The position numbers were made by a program, and so were the translations under genes. Positions 39,729 to 50,413 of a DNA stretch of 64,000 nt are shown piece by piece. The notes under the pieces are model-generated. The model did no database searches and was not told where the DNA came from. It saw nothing but the letters and a program-made list of their open reading frames with translations. The number at the start of each line of letters is the position of its first letter. The stretch's first letter is position 1. Source of the DNA: a virus (lineage: Duplodnaviria; Caudoviricetes); IMG/VR virus record IMGVR_UViG_3300014204_000124, positions 1-64,000 of that record. One strand, written 5' to 3'.

Positions 39729-40993
39729 GAAAGCTCTTCATTTTGTTGTTTGTTTTGTCGTGTTCGGAGGGTGCCGAACCGGGCATGGAGGTTGACCCAA
39801 TTGAGGCTGGGATGCCGGGTGGGACTTGTTACGGGAACGGGACGTGCAATGAGGGGCTTGTTTGTAAGGCGTGGGTATGTGTGTATGCTTCGGATGTAGT
39901 GTCCGATTTGGAGGAGGTCGTCGCCCCGGACTTGGCCGAAGAGGTCTTTGTTCGGAAGGATGGGACTGAGGAAGTTGGCGACATACAGCCGAATTGCGAT
40001 TGTGGCTGGAGGGTCTGTGGGCCGGATGGTTGCGGTGGGAGTTGCGGGGATTGTGAGGGTACAGACGAGTGCGAGACGGGGCTTTGCGTTTGCCAGCCGA
40101 ACTGTGCGGGTAAGGAGTGTGGTGCCGATGGGTGCGGGGGAAGTTGCGGAAGTTGTTCGGTAACGGAGTTATGTGATACGGAGATTTGTGTTCCTGTGTG
40201 TGACATCAATGTGTGTGGGCCGAACGGGATGGGGGGGAGTTGTGGGGTGTGCGAGTATGAATGGGAAGAGTGTATTGAAGGGCAATGTGAAGTATACCCG
40301 TCTCCGGTGATTTGGGTTTCGATACCGGGCGGGTCGTTTGAAATGGGGTGTTCGCCGGGGGATACATTCTGCCAGGATGATGAGTATCCGGTGCATGTAG
40401 TGAACATATCATCGTTTGAGATGCAGGCGGCTGAGGTGACTGTGTGGCAATGGGTTTCCGTTTTTGGAACGGTGCCGGTCTGTCCTGGTCAAGGGACGGA
40501 TTCTGCGTACCCTGCGGGGTGTGCGACTTGGGAGAAGGCGGTTGAGTATTGTGAGGCGATTGGAGGCCGTTTACCGACTGAGGCTGAGTGGGAATATGCG
40601 GCACGGGGCGGGACGACGACGAGGTTCTACTGCGGCGATGATCCTGCGTGCGTGTACGATATTGGATGGGGGCGGTGGAATGCGCCGCATGGTGCTACTC
40701 AGAAGGTAATGGGGAAGTTGCCGAATGCTTATGGTTTGTACGATATGATTGGGAATGTTCGGGAGTGGACGGCTGATTACTATGGGCCGTACAATGTTTG
40801 GGAGCAGTATGATCCCAAGGGTCCGAGTGAGGGGGAGCATCGTGTTTCGAGGGGTGGTTCAGCGGCGGAAGGGACTACTGGGGTATCCAAAACTGTTCTG
40901 ATGAGTATATCGACTAGGCTTCCATTGTCCGTGGGACAGGGCTACCATCCCATAGCAAGTATGTGGCAGGGATTCCGCTGCGTGAGGGATTGA
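39725..40993 (+). CDS. Lipoprotein with Cys-rich repeats and FGE-sulfatase (C-type lectin fold) domain
   Basis: Lipobox FVLSC; CGPDGCGGSCG repeats; GSFEMG, RLPTEAEWEYAARGG, PNAYGLYDMIGNVREW, RGGS, GFRCVR. Confidence 0.9.
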   Translation: MRKLFILLFVLSCSEGAEPGMEVDPIEAGMPGGTCYGNGTCNEGLVCKAWVCVYASDVVSDLEEVVAPDLAEEVFVRKDGTEEVGDIQPNCDCGWRVCGPDGCGGSCGDCEGTDECETGLCVCQPNCAGKECGADGCGGSCGSCSVTELCDTEICVPVCDINVCGPNGMGGSCGVCEYEWEECIEGQCEVYPSPVIWVSIPGGSFEMGCSPGDTFCQDDEYPVHVVNISSFEMQAAEVTVWQWVSVFGTVPVCPGQGTDSAYPAGCATWEKAVEYCEAIGGRLPTEAEWEYAARGGTTTRFYCGDDPACVYDIGWGRWNAPHGATQKVMGKLPNAYGLYDMIGNVREWTADYYGPYNVWEQYDPKGPSEGEHRVSRGGSAAEGTTGVSKTVLMSISTRLPLSVGQGYHPIASMWQGFRCVRD

Positions 40994-40994
40994 T

Positions 40995-42811
40995 ATGGAA
41001 AGACTTGAAGAAATCATGAAGTCATTTGCCGAGGAAGTGACGGCGGAGTTGAGGCACAAGGAGTTGCTGGAGGATGATGTCCAGACGGTAGAATTCCATT
41101 TCGAGTACGACAAGGCTGGGTTTAGAAAGCTGGTCGAGTGTCGAGTTCTCCTTGGGCACCGGGGGGAGAATGGCCTTTGTCAGGGTCTGAGAAGTGAGCG
41201 GTTCAAGGTGGAGGACTTTTGGGTTGAGGAGTCGACTGTACACTACGTTGGGGACTAAGATGACTGTAAGCGAAGCATTGAAGAAGATTGTGGGGACGAC
41301 GGACTGGGCAAGGCCGGTGACGTGGAAGGGAAACGGGCGTGGTGTGATTGTAGAGCAGGGGCAGTTGTCTGAGGTGCCGTCTAGCAGGGGTGGGAGACAC
41401 TTCGTCCCGTCTTTCAGGGATCTTACCGTGAGGTGGGAAGTTGTGTCGGTTGAAGACATTTACGAGGGGAAGTGATATGAGCACAAGAGAAATAGTCGAG
41501 ACCTTCGCCAGAGACGTTACTGTGAGAATGAGGACGAGGAGGGAATTACCACCGGACGGAGAAATTTCGTCGGTGACGTTGGAGTTCGACCACGTCGAAC
41601 CCCTAAACGTGTTCTATACGCCAAGACTGACTAGAGTGACGGCTTCTTTCCGTAGTGGTGACTGGCACCGGGGAGATTCTTGCTGCTTCGAGCGGGGGGT
41701 GTACCATCAAGCGAGACGATGATGGTTCGAAGCAGAAATTCTTGTGGTATTCAGTGGTCCCTATTGAGGACCACGGGGAGTTTGTGTGTGGGGAAGAAGG
41801 CGACGTAGTGCCGCCTGTCCGGGTTTCATATTGAAGGGGGAGAGAGATGTCTGGGATGTTTGATAGGTACATAGCTCATGTGGAGGTGTTGAAGCGGATT
41901 CGTGCGCATGGTGGCGCTGAGTCGTCGGAAGAGGATGCTCTCCTGGAATCCATGGATGCCATTTGGTCAGTGTTATCGGAGCCAGAGCGGGCTTTGGTGA
42001 GATCTCGCAATGGGGCTGCGCCGGAAGTGGCGACGAGCACTGTTCCCGAGGTCCAGTTACACCTGTTGAAGTCTTCGAAAGAGTGTCCTGTGTGCGGAAT
42101 CATAATGTTTGTCTTTGCCATGGAGAGAGATGGGAAAAAGTTCATCATTCCTGGGTCGGAGCGATGCTTCAACGAGAAAGGCAAGGCCCCGAATGCGAAG
42201 ATCCCTGGACCTTGTGCGAAGGCGCATGAAAGACCCAGCGTGTACAGTTGGGAAATGTACACAGAGGAGATTTTAGAATGAGGATGACAACGATGTGCGA
42301 TACAGTGGCAAGGTTGGTGCGAGAGGCGCTGGGGGAACTCTGTGCCGATGGAAACGTGCGTGAAGAGGGTAGTCCGTTGTATCCGTTCTACACGAACCGT
42401 GTTGAAGGCGGGCAGGATATAGGTATTGCTCGGGTCAAGGATGACATCCCGGAAGAGGCATATGACTTTCCCGCAATCATGTTAGATGTGGTACTGGAAC
42501 TTCCCGGTTGGGCAAGAGACTTGTTTGAGGCATCGGATCTATTCACAGACGATCTGGTGATGGTCTACAACCGGCATATTCTGGAGAAGACGGGGGCTAT
42601 CGTTGTGCCGTCTCGCGATGGCGATGACTATGAGGTGACCTATGTAGGTGGGCGTTGTCCTGAATGTGGAGCCCGAACCATGCGGATGGTTTGCAAGTCT
42701 CCTGAGTGGGAATGGGGTGACGGGGTCCAGGGAAGGTTCGACTTGTGTTTGAACGAGAAGTGTGCGAAGCGGATCGCAGGCGATGGATATACCATGCCGT
42801 GTCGGCCATAG
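40995..42811 (+). other. Hypothetical CDSs 40995-41258, 41260-41475, 41477-41722, 41847-42281, 42278-42811
   Basis: Packed ORFs. Confidence 0.55.
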
Positions 42812-42819
42812 GAGGGAAC

Positions 42820-43365
42820 GTGGAGAAGAAGCAGATTGGTGAGTTGTGTCAGAAGATCCATGACAATGCGGTGGCTCACGGCTGGTGGGAAGGCGGAGTC
42901 AAGGGGCTGAACTTGGACGAGGTGCTGTTGCTCATTGTAGGTGAGGTCTCTGAGTTGCACGAGGCGTATCGGCGGAACAGGTTGGATGCACCGTGCGACA
43001 AGGATACCACTCCTAAGCTGAATTGTTTCCAGGAGGAGGCAGCGGACATTGTGATCCGATTGCTCGACCTAATGGGAGCTTACGAAGTGAACCCGGTCAC
43101 GGTGTCGTTGTGGCCGAAGCCGATGGGGGGGACGTTCGGAGCCCAGTTGTTCTTCTTGGTTCACGAGATTGCAGCGATGCGCCAGGAAGCGGATGATTAC
43201 GATGTAGACGACATTGGTGCTACGCTGTCTGCGTTCGGGGAAGAGATTCTTTCCCAGGTCTGGGTTTTGTGTGAGGCCAACGGTTATGACCTTTGGGAGT
43301 GTGTTGAGGTTAAGCACGCGTACAATGTTACCCGCCCGTATCGGCACGGGAATCTGAAAGCCTAG
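42820..43365 (+). CDS. MazG-like nucleotide pyrophosphohydrolase
   Basis: HDNAVAHGWW, IVGEVSELHEAYR, EEAADIVIRLLD, KHAYNVTRPYRHG; SD GGAGG before GTG 42820. Confidence 0.8.
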   Translation: MEKKQIGELCQKIHDNAVAHGWWEGGVKGLNLDEVLLLIVGEVSELHEAYRRNRLDAPCDKDTTPKLNCFQEEAADIVIRLLDLMGAYEVNPVTVSLWPKPMGGTFGAQLFFLVHEIAAMRQEADDYDVDDIGATLSAFGEEILSQVWVLCEANGYDLWECVEVKHAYNVTRPYRHGNLKA

Positions 43366-43387
43366 TCCGAAATCGATTGCGCCCTTC

Positions 43388-43483
43388 GAAATAAATTCTT
43401 GACATTATTCGCAGTCCGATTATGCTGTAAGGGTCCAGCAGAGGAACTGGGCATTTGACAGCTAATGGGGGGACATCATGAAA
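43388..43483 (+). repeat. Promoter-leader cassette repeat, copy B (promoter 43399-43430)
   Basis: Near-identical to copies A and C; includes SD and ATGAAA. Confidence 0.95.
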
Positions 43484-43702
43484 TGGAGTTGTAGCGGTTC
43501 GGTTCGGGGGAGTTGCGGTATCACTCACGGGAGTTTTGCGGCGGCGTGGAAATGCTGCCAAAAGGATCACCGCTCGGTCACTAAGGGGCAGCGAGGTGGT
43601 TCGTTGACGCACAGCTATTCGGACCGTGCCCCATACCCTGTCGACGGGTGGGATGATGCGGCGGAGAGTGAGCAGGCCGATTTTCTTGCGACGAGGTGGT
43701 AA
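43478..43702 (+). CDS. Small hypothetical protein
   Basis: First gene after cassette B. Confidence 0.65.
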   Translation: MKWSCSGSVRGSCGITHGSFAAAWKCCQKDHRSVTKGQRGGSLTHSYSDRAPYPVDGWDDAAESEQADFLATRW

Positions 43703-43703
43703 G

Positions 43704-44078
43704 ATGGAAGCAGTCAAGTTCGTGTATCTTGTCAACTACCGTCCGATATCGTCGTGCACGGTTCCGCAGAAGGACTGGTTGTATGAGGAGCGAGTAGAGT
43801 TGGGAGTGTGTCCAGAGGGCCGCAGGATAGCGAGGCACGGTACAGTGTCTTACAGCAGGCCGTTGACTGAGGATGAGATACGGAGTTATGAGTTGACGTT
43901 TTGGAGCGGGGACGGGAGCACGGATCGCGAGCGGGTCCGGGCGATGATGAAGAACGGCGTGTACGGGGAGAGTCAACACGTTGTGTATGTTCACTCGATG
44001 ATGGGTGAGCACTCGGTGAATTTTGCCTTTGACGATACGGGTCGGTTTGATTCGGTCCGTGCGAAGGAAGCCCGATGA
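43704..44078 (+). CDS. DarA C-terminal-like (defence against restriction) domain protein
   Basis: Y....RP....TVP ... G.VSY.RPLT.DEI.SYEL motif. Confidence 0.6.
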   Translation: MEAVKFVYLVNYRPISSCTVPQKDWLYEERVELGVCPEGRRIARHGTVSYSRPLTEDEIRSYELTFWSGDGSTDRERVRAMMKNGVYGESQHVVYVHSMMGEHSVNFAFDDTGRFDSVRAKEAR

Positions 44079-46594
44079 AAAGGGAAGACATTTACTGGAC
44101 CGTGATCCGGGTGACATACGGTGACGGGTCTGTTGTCGAGAACAACGAGACCAACATCGCCTTGATCAATGCTTACACTGGCGAGGGACGAGGCGGAGAA
44201 GTCAAGCGAGAGTACATAGAGCGGGTGGACCCGGATGGGGCGTGTGGAACGAGCCGATGGAAAGGGGTAGGGACGCCTGTAGAGCGTCTTGAAGTGATTG
44301 CCAGGGATATCCGGCAGCGGATTGAAGACAGCACGAGCCCTGTGAGTCTAGACTTTGTGCTGGGGAGACTGTTGGAAGTCGTAACCCCCTTGGTTGACCC
44401 TTCTGTGATGATGATTGGAACCCACAGTGTGAAGTACAAGGATTCTCTACTGTGCGAGGTAGTGGCGTACATGAATTGGAGGGGGATATGACAAGGCAAG
44501 AACTGGTAGCGTGGATTGACAAGGCGAAGCCGGAGCGGCTTGGCGTGCCTCATTTTCACGAGGCCAGCTACCCTGGGGATTTCGACCGTGTCGAGGTTGA
44601 ATACGCCGGAGCGAGTTTGCCGGTGCCGAGAGGGAGCCTTTGGCTTTGCGTTTTCAACCACGAAAAGCGTGGGGCCAGCCCAGAGCAAAAGGCCGATAGA
44701 AAGACGCGGATGATCCGAACGCGCGAGCGTTTTGCCCGGTGGGTTTCCGCTTTGAAGTTTGAGATGGGAATGAGATGAAGCTGAAGCCGAACGCAGGGGC
44801 GAAGATCCGGCAGTTGCGAAAGGACGTGCAAAAGGCTGCGGATGCGTGGCATTTCGCCCTTCGATGCTGGAATGAGGAGGTCTACTTGCATCGGAAGGCA
44901 TTGCGGCGGGGCGTGAAGTTGGAAGACGAGGCAACCGAGCTTCGAGAGAAGCTGACTGCGGCGGTAGCGGAGTTAGGCAAGTTGGGAGTCAACCGGGACG
45001 AACTGTTGCATGTGTCAACGCACGAGGGAGAGAAATGAGATGGATTCGGAATAGGTTGAAGAAGCTGTGGCGTTGGATTTGTAGACCGTACAGGCGTTGG
45101 AGAACGCGACGGTTTTATGCTCAGGCGGTAAAGAGAGGAGCCGAACAGATCCGTAAAATGGAGGACGAGCGAATACTTGGAGAGTTGATGGAAGCGGCCA
45201 GAATGGACTTCGCTGTGGAGAACGGGCTTTTGGCGGAGTTGAAGCTTGCGGCAAATAGGCGGGAGGAAGTAGGTGTTTTGGAGCCTGAGTTTAACATAGA
45301 TCCGGTGACGCGCCCGATGTATCGCGAGCCGGGGGACTCTGGTCCACCTCTTCGGTTGGAAGCGGACCCTTTCGACCCAAAGGGATTTTATGTGGCCTCT
45401 CCTACTAAGAGGAAGATTAGATTCAAGTGGACTCCAGATGAGTAGACCGAGGAAGAAATATGACTAGGCGAATCTGGCCAGAGGAGACGTTCAGCGGTCC
45501 GGACGAATATCGGATTGGTTCGATACGTTGATGCGACGGATGCTTCTGTCGTTACGGATACCGAAGGAGATGATATGACTGAAAAACGGCAAGACAGTTG
45601 GCTGCGTTGGCTGCAATGGATTGAGTCAGCTTCGGTTGTGTGCCCGAGGTGCGGCGGGAGCGGTCACGATCCGTCTCTGGAGCCTGCTCCTGGTCCGGTT
45701 GCATTGACGAGCGAAGAGCGATGCCATAGGTGCCGGGGAAGTGGGCAGCTTGGAGACGTGGTACTTTTGAAGGCTGCCGCCGTCGAGGTCCGGCGACTGC
45801 GTGCTGAGAATGAACGGTTGAAGGCATTGGTGCTTGTCTGGAATACCGGGACGCCTGATGATGACAGGGAAGTGTTGGTGGCTCGTTCTGGCGAGAGTGG
45901 AGAATGGGTGGAGTTTGCTAGTTTCAGGAGAGACTACGGCGATCCCTACATGGGGATTGAAGGCCTTTGGTGGGCCGAAGAGGTTGGGCAGATCGACGAT
46001 GTGAAGTTCTGGGCAGAGGTTCCGAAGTTCCCGGAGGTTGTTGATGAAGGGTAAGAATCAGGAGAGCAAGGTGCAGCGGAAGCGTCGTTTGCACCGGGAA
46101 TTGGTACTCAAGCGTGCCCGTGAGGATTTGGGGCGTATGCAGGTGTGTACCGGCGGGATTGGCTACGGGAAGACAGCGGCGATGAAGCTGGCGGGTATGA
46201 TGGACGGCGTAGGTGGTGGGATCTCTGCCACGTTGCTTGGCTCGTACCATGTCATGGCAATCTACGATGATTCTGATTTCAGTTACTCGGAGACCGTAAT
46301 GTCGGTCAGCGAGGTTGGCAAACGATTGTTGAAGGAGTGGAAATGAGTCTGTTTAAGTGCCCCAAGTGCGGTAGCAGTGCGCTGGTCGAACTTTCGACGA
46401 GCCACAAGACTTTTGAGCGGAAGATTTTTTGCAGGAATTGCAGTTGGAGGTCGCCTTCGATACCGGAGGCGATGGAGTATATCGATTCGTTAGAACGAAT
46501 CATCAAGGAACGTACGGCGGCACTGTTTTTTATGGGAGGAGTCTATGTCATGTCGCTTCTGGGTGTCGTCCTTTATGGGATGTTGTGTGGATGA
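44075..46594 (+). other. Hypothetical CDSs 44075-44491, 44488-44778, 44775-45038, 45035-45445, ~45575-46054 (CxxCxGxG), 46044-46346, 46343-46594
   Basis: Mostly ATGA-coupled ORFs. Confidence 0.55.
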
Positions 46595-46628
46595 GTAGCT
46601 GAAAAGATATAGGGATTGGAGGCTGAAA

Positions 46629-47489
46629 ATGAAGAAGATGGCAGTGGTGTGCATGGGTCATGGTGGCGGTGTGATGATGGACCCGAAGAACGGTAATACG
46701 AATTTCGCATTGGTGCCAGACCCTCAGTACGATTCGGCGCAGAGGCTTTTGAAGAGCCAGCCGTTCGTTTTGATTGACTGTGGTTACGAGACGTTTCGAC
46801 AGTTGGTGGAGTGGGATGCGATTAAGAATCTTATGGGGATCGTTGTGACGCACTGTCACGCCGACCATACCGGTGGACTTGCGGCATTGGGTTGGCGGCT
46901 CCTGTTCGTCGACCGGAAGCAGATCCCATTGGTGTATTCGGAAGAGGCAGAGCAGATGCTCAAGGGGCAGTTGGCGGAGTTGGGCTGTTTGAATTCCGTA
47001 TTGGTCGAGTCTTTGTTTCCTTTCCCCTTCAAGATGTGCCCGGTTGATTCCTGTGAACAGCACTTTGCGTCTATTTACTCCGTGGGTGAGGCCGGTAACG
47101 TAGAGAATGCGCTGACGTTTTCTTTGTTCCAGGTGAACCATGGGATTCCGACGTTGCCGAGCTGCGGTGTAGGTGTGTGGTCCGGGGACCAGCGGATGGC
47201 TGTGTTCTCTGGCGATACGGCGGAGCCGGTGGTTGGGGACGTGCCGATTGTGTTCCACGATGCGCAGTACGCCGATAGGCCAGCGAACAATTCACATGTC
47301 CACTGCCCGATCAACTATTTGGTTGAGGTCTACGTGGGAGAGTACGGGGAAGATTCGCTGAATCGGTTGGTGGTCTGCCACATTGCAGACACGGCGGCGA
47401 TGGTTCCGTACGAGCGTCGAGGCGTGCGACATGCGGCGAAGGGCAGCGTGTTCGTTATCGATATGGAACAGGAGACAGACCATGAATAG
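46629..47489 (+). CDS. Metallo-beta-lactamase-fold hydrolase, Apyc1-like
   Basis: LIDCG, THCHADHTGG, NHG, FSGDT, FHDAQ, HVH, CH motifs. Confidence 0.8.
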   Translation: MKKMAVVCMGHGGGVMMDPKNGNTNFALVPDPQYDSAQRLLKSQPFVLIDCGYETFRQLVEWDAIKNLMGIVVTHCHADHTGGLAALGWRLLFVDRKQIPLVYSEEAEQMLKGQLAELGCLNSVLVESLFPFPFKMCPVDSCEQHFASIYSVGEAGNVENALTFSLFQVNHGIPTLPSCGVGVWSGDQRMAVFSGDTAEPVVGDVPIVFHDAQYADRPANNSHVHCPINYLVEVYVGEYGEDSLNRLVVCHIADTAAMVPYERRGVRHAAKGSVFVIDMEQETDHE

Positions 47490-48261
47490 GAACAGCGTAG
47501 CGTTTGTCGAGTTTATCCGAGAACTTGTTGCCTCATTAGATGGTGACATTCGTGTCAAGACTGTAGTGGAAAATTCGTGCATTTATTTGGCAGAGCTAGA
47601 CGATCCGAGGACCAGCGAAAATCGTCTAAAGCTGGCCAAAAGTTATCTTGAAGAAGCCAAAAGTTATCTTGAAGAACTGGTCCACTCGATCCGGGACATG
47701 ACGGGCGATACGGTTGTTGGTGTGGACACGGCAGAGCCGGGGAGCGAAGGGACAGCCGTCTGGCAGTACAAGCCAATGACGAGCGAAGAAGTAATACGCC
47801 GGTTGATGGACATGCCGGACCCTCGTGATCCGAATGGTGTGTCGTGGCTGGCTCACGGGGAGATGCCTGAGATTAAGCGTAATGACAGCCATACGATAAG
47901 TGAGGTTGGGAATGCCCTGTTGGGGAAGTCGTTGGTGACACCTCTGGAGGCCCCGGTCCCGAATGGAGGCCGACCTATTTGGGAGATGGTCGTTGAAGAC
48001 ATGAAGGCCAGAGTCATAGGTGATATGAGAGAGCGAGACAAGTTCGGCCGGGACAAGTACGGGGTGCCGCTTCAGGCATTCAATGGCCGCCCAACTATTA
48101 TAGATCTGTATCAAGAGGCGCTTGATATAACGGTCTATATTAGAGCGGAGATTGAGGAGCGGGCTATCCTTGAACGGGAACTGAAAGATGCCAAAGAAGA
48201 AATCGCTCTGTTGAAGTCCCGCATTGCCGAGTTGTCGCCCCTGTCCGGGGAAACCCTCTAA
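47482..48261 (+). CDS. Protein with C-terminal all-alpha NTP-pyrophosphatase-like domain
   Basis: ERDKFGRDKYGVPLQ.FNGR..IIDLYQEALDITVY. Confidence 0.55.
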   Translation: MNRNSVAFVEFIRELVASLDGDIRVKTVVENSCIYLAELDDPRTSENRLKLAKSYLEEAKSYLEELVHSIRDMTGDTVVGVDTAEPGSEGTAVWQYKPMTSEEVIRRLMDMPDPRDPNGVSWLAHGEMPEIKRNDSHTISEVGNALLGKSLVTPLEAPVPNGGRPIWEMVVEDMKARVIGDMRERDKFGRDKYGVPLQAFNGRPTIIDLYQEALDITVYIRAEIEERAILERELKDAKEEIALLKSRIAELSPLSGETL

Positions 48262-48271
48262 AACATTCTGC

Positions 48272-48303
48272 TTGACTTCCGGCCCGCTTCGATTATGCTG
48301 TAA
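48272..48303 (+). promoter_or_regulatory. Promoter family copy with leader hairpin and TGACAGC
   Basis: TTGAC-N17-TATGCTGTAA; GGCAAGC-GAGGGT-GCTTGCC, then TGACAGC. Confidence 0.9.
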
Positions 48304-48352
48304 GAGTGGCAAGCGAGGGTGCTTGCCGTGACAGCAACTGAGGGGGTGTATC

Positions 48353-50392
48353 ATGCGGATTGACACAACGAAATTCGGGGACTTGACGGGGTGCATGGAA
48401 GGGATGCTTCGCAGGATCACGAACGGGGAACATCGTGAGACAGCCTTGAGCCAGGAGGCGATGAGTCTTGAGGCAGAAATGAACGCGAATAACAAGGACA
48501 AGCCAGACTGCCTTGTCTCGTTCGAGGAGTGCAGACAAGCGATTGCCCAGTGGTGGGAAGTCGAGGAAGACGAGCGGTCCGATTCTGAGGCGTCTCGGAT
48601 GATGGATGAAGAAACCCAGTTTTAGCGGGGTGTTTCATGGAACGGTTGGAACTGTATCGATTCGAGGTCCGGTTGGCTCAGTTGGAACGTGCCGAACTGG
48701 GTGTGATCGCGATTGACCGTAACAAGACTTCCGAAGAGATCGTCTCTGTGGACGATATTGTGAAGGAAGCGATTCGCTTTTACCTCGCTGCGCGACCCAG
48801 GAACGGTATGGGGTGCCTGATTCGGAAGAAGCCATGAAAAAGAAGCTGCAATACATGATCGACTTGGACGGGCCCTTTTCTGGAGGGCGATGCTTTGCTC
48901 CGGTTCCGGATGCGAAGCGGTTCGAATCCAGGCTTGTCAAGGGTCGGCTTATCCGGTCTCGGTTGGGCTACACTCCGAAGGAGTTCTGCGCTGTGTGCGC
49001 GGGCAAAGGCAAACCGTGTCCGATGGAAACGATCGTAGAAGCGGAGTGGTTGAAGTGAGCGTATACGAACAAGTTTTGAAACAGCAAGGTCCGGCTCCAA
49101 AGGGCAGACCGTGGTTCGCGTGGTGTTACGGAGCGCCGGTGACTTGGCATTCGAGTCAAGAGTTGGCCAGGAAGGCTGGGAATCGTCGTGCCAGACGCTT
49201 GAGCCGTGACAATCCTCCCACCGTTTTCGTGATGGGGCCGAAATGAAAGGGTACATCATCCGGCGGAGCAACGACGGGGCCTGTTTTGTGGGGGCCGGTT
49301 GGCGCTGGTCTCCCAAAGCCCCCAGGGTGTTTTCTTTCGCTACCGATCTACCAGACAAGGTAGAGTCCGAGGGTGAGAAGTGGTATCGCTCCGAAAACAA
49401 GGGGCTTCGCTACCGGGATAACAGGGGCGTTGCCAGGGCGCTAATTCAACGAGTGGGGTGAATCATGACTACAGCGGAGAGAATCGGAGCGCACTTGAAA
49501 CGGTTGGATGCGGACGAGTTCGATGCGATGCAAAAATACTTGGCAGCGTTGGGAGACCTGGAGTCGATCTGTGCTGCTGGCCTGGACGCCGGTTATGAGG
49601 AAGTGAGGTTCGCTTGTCGAAAGGCTACGGACCTTGGGCTTCAACTTGAACAAGCCAGTAGAATCGGTGAAGCGGTTCGGTGCGCCTACGTCGAGACCGG
49701 GCATTTGGACGCTCTGACCGGGAAGGTCATACAATGAGGTTCGGCATATACGAATCGGCGGTGCTTGGGCATATCCGCATGATCATGGTTGTGGAGGCTG
49801 ATACGGCGAGAGAGGCGTTCATCCGGTTCGGGTCGTTTCGTCGTGGGAATGGTCCCACAAATGCGCAGTGGGTCCACTGGAAGTTTTTAGGTAAACCGTG
49901 TTGTAGTATCTTCGCAGCGCCAGAACAAGCGGGGTGGGGAATAGGTCATATCCAACAATGGAATGAAAAGCCTCTATATGAGGGCGGCTGCGGAATCTGG
50001 TTCCAACGGGACGGTGGCTACCCTCCAGCTTTCGAGCCGATGCACTGGCACGAGTTGGAGCGAGAGGTAACACTGTTGGTTGCCCCAGTTCAAGCGAGAG
50101 AGGAGAGTGGGAAATGAACGGTGAATTTGACGATATGGGTTATGAGTCTGACGATGATGGCGTCAAACTGAATCGTTGGGATCTGGCAGCGTTTCGTCGG
50201 CATGTTCGGGGACTGAACAAGGTGTTGGCGGATATCCGGGGATACTGTCCAGAAGCCAACTTCTATCTCGCATGTGATTCTTTGCACGTAATGTCAGGAC
50301 AGTCGCATGTTGGCCATACTGGAGAGAAGGCTTGCCAGAAGAACAGCATTGTCAGCGAGAGTCTTTTCCATTCTGGTGGTGGAGATTGGTAG
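48353..50392 (+). other. Hypothetical CDSs 48353-48625, 48637-48837 (RHH-like), 48834-49058, ~49055-49246, 49243-49461, 49465-49737, 49734-50117, 50114-50392
   Basis: Coupled ORFs. Confidence 0.55.
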
Positions 50393-50413
50393 CGACGTTT
50401 GTGAGGTAAAGCA

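Noticed and set aside
39725-40993. Complete diversity-generating retroelement
   Set aside because: No reverse transcriptase or template repeat is visible in this window.
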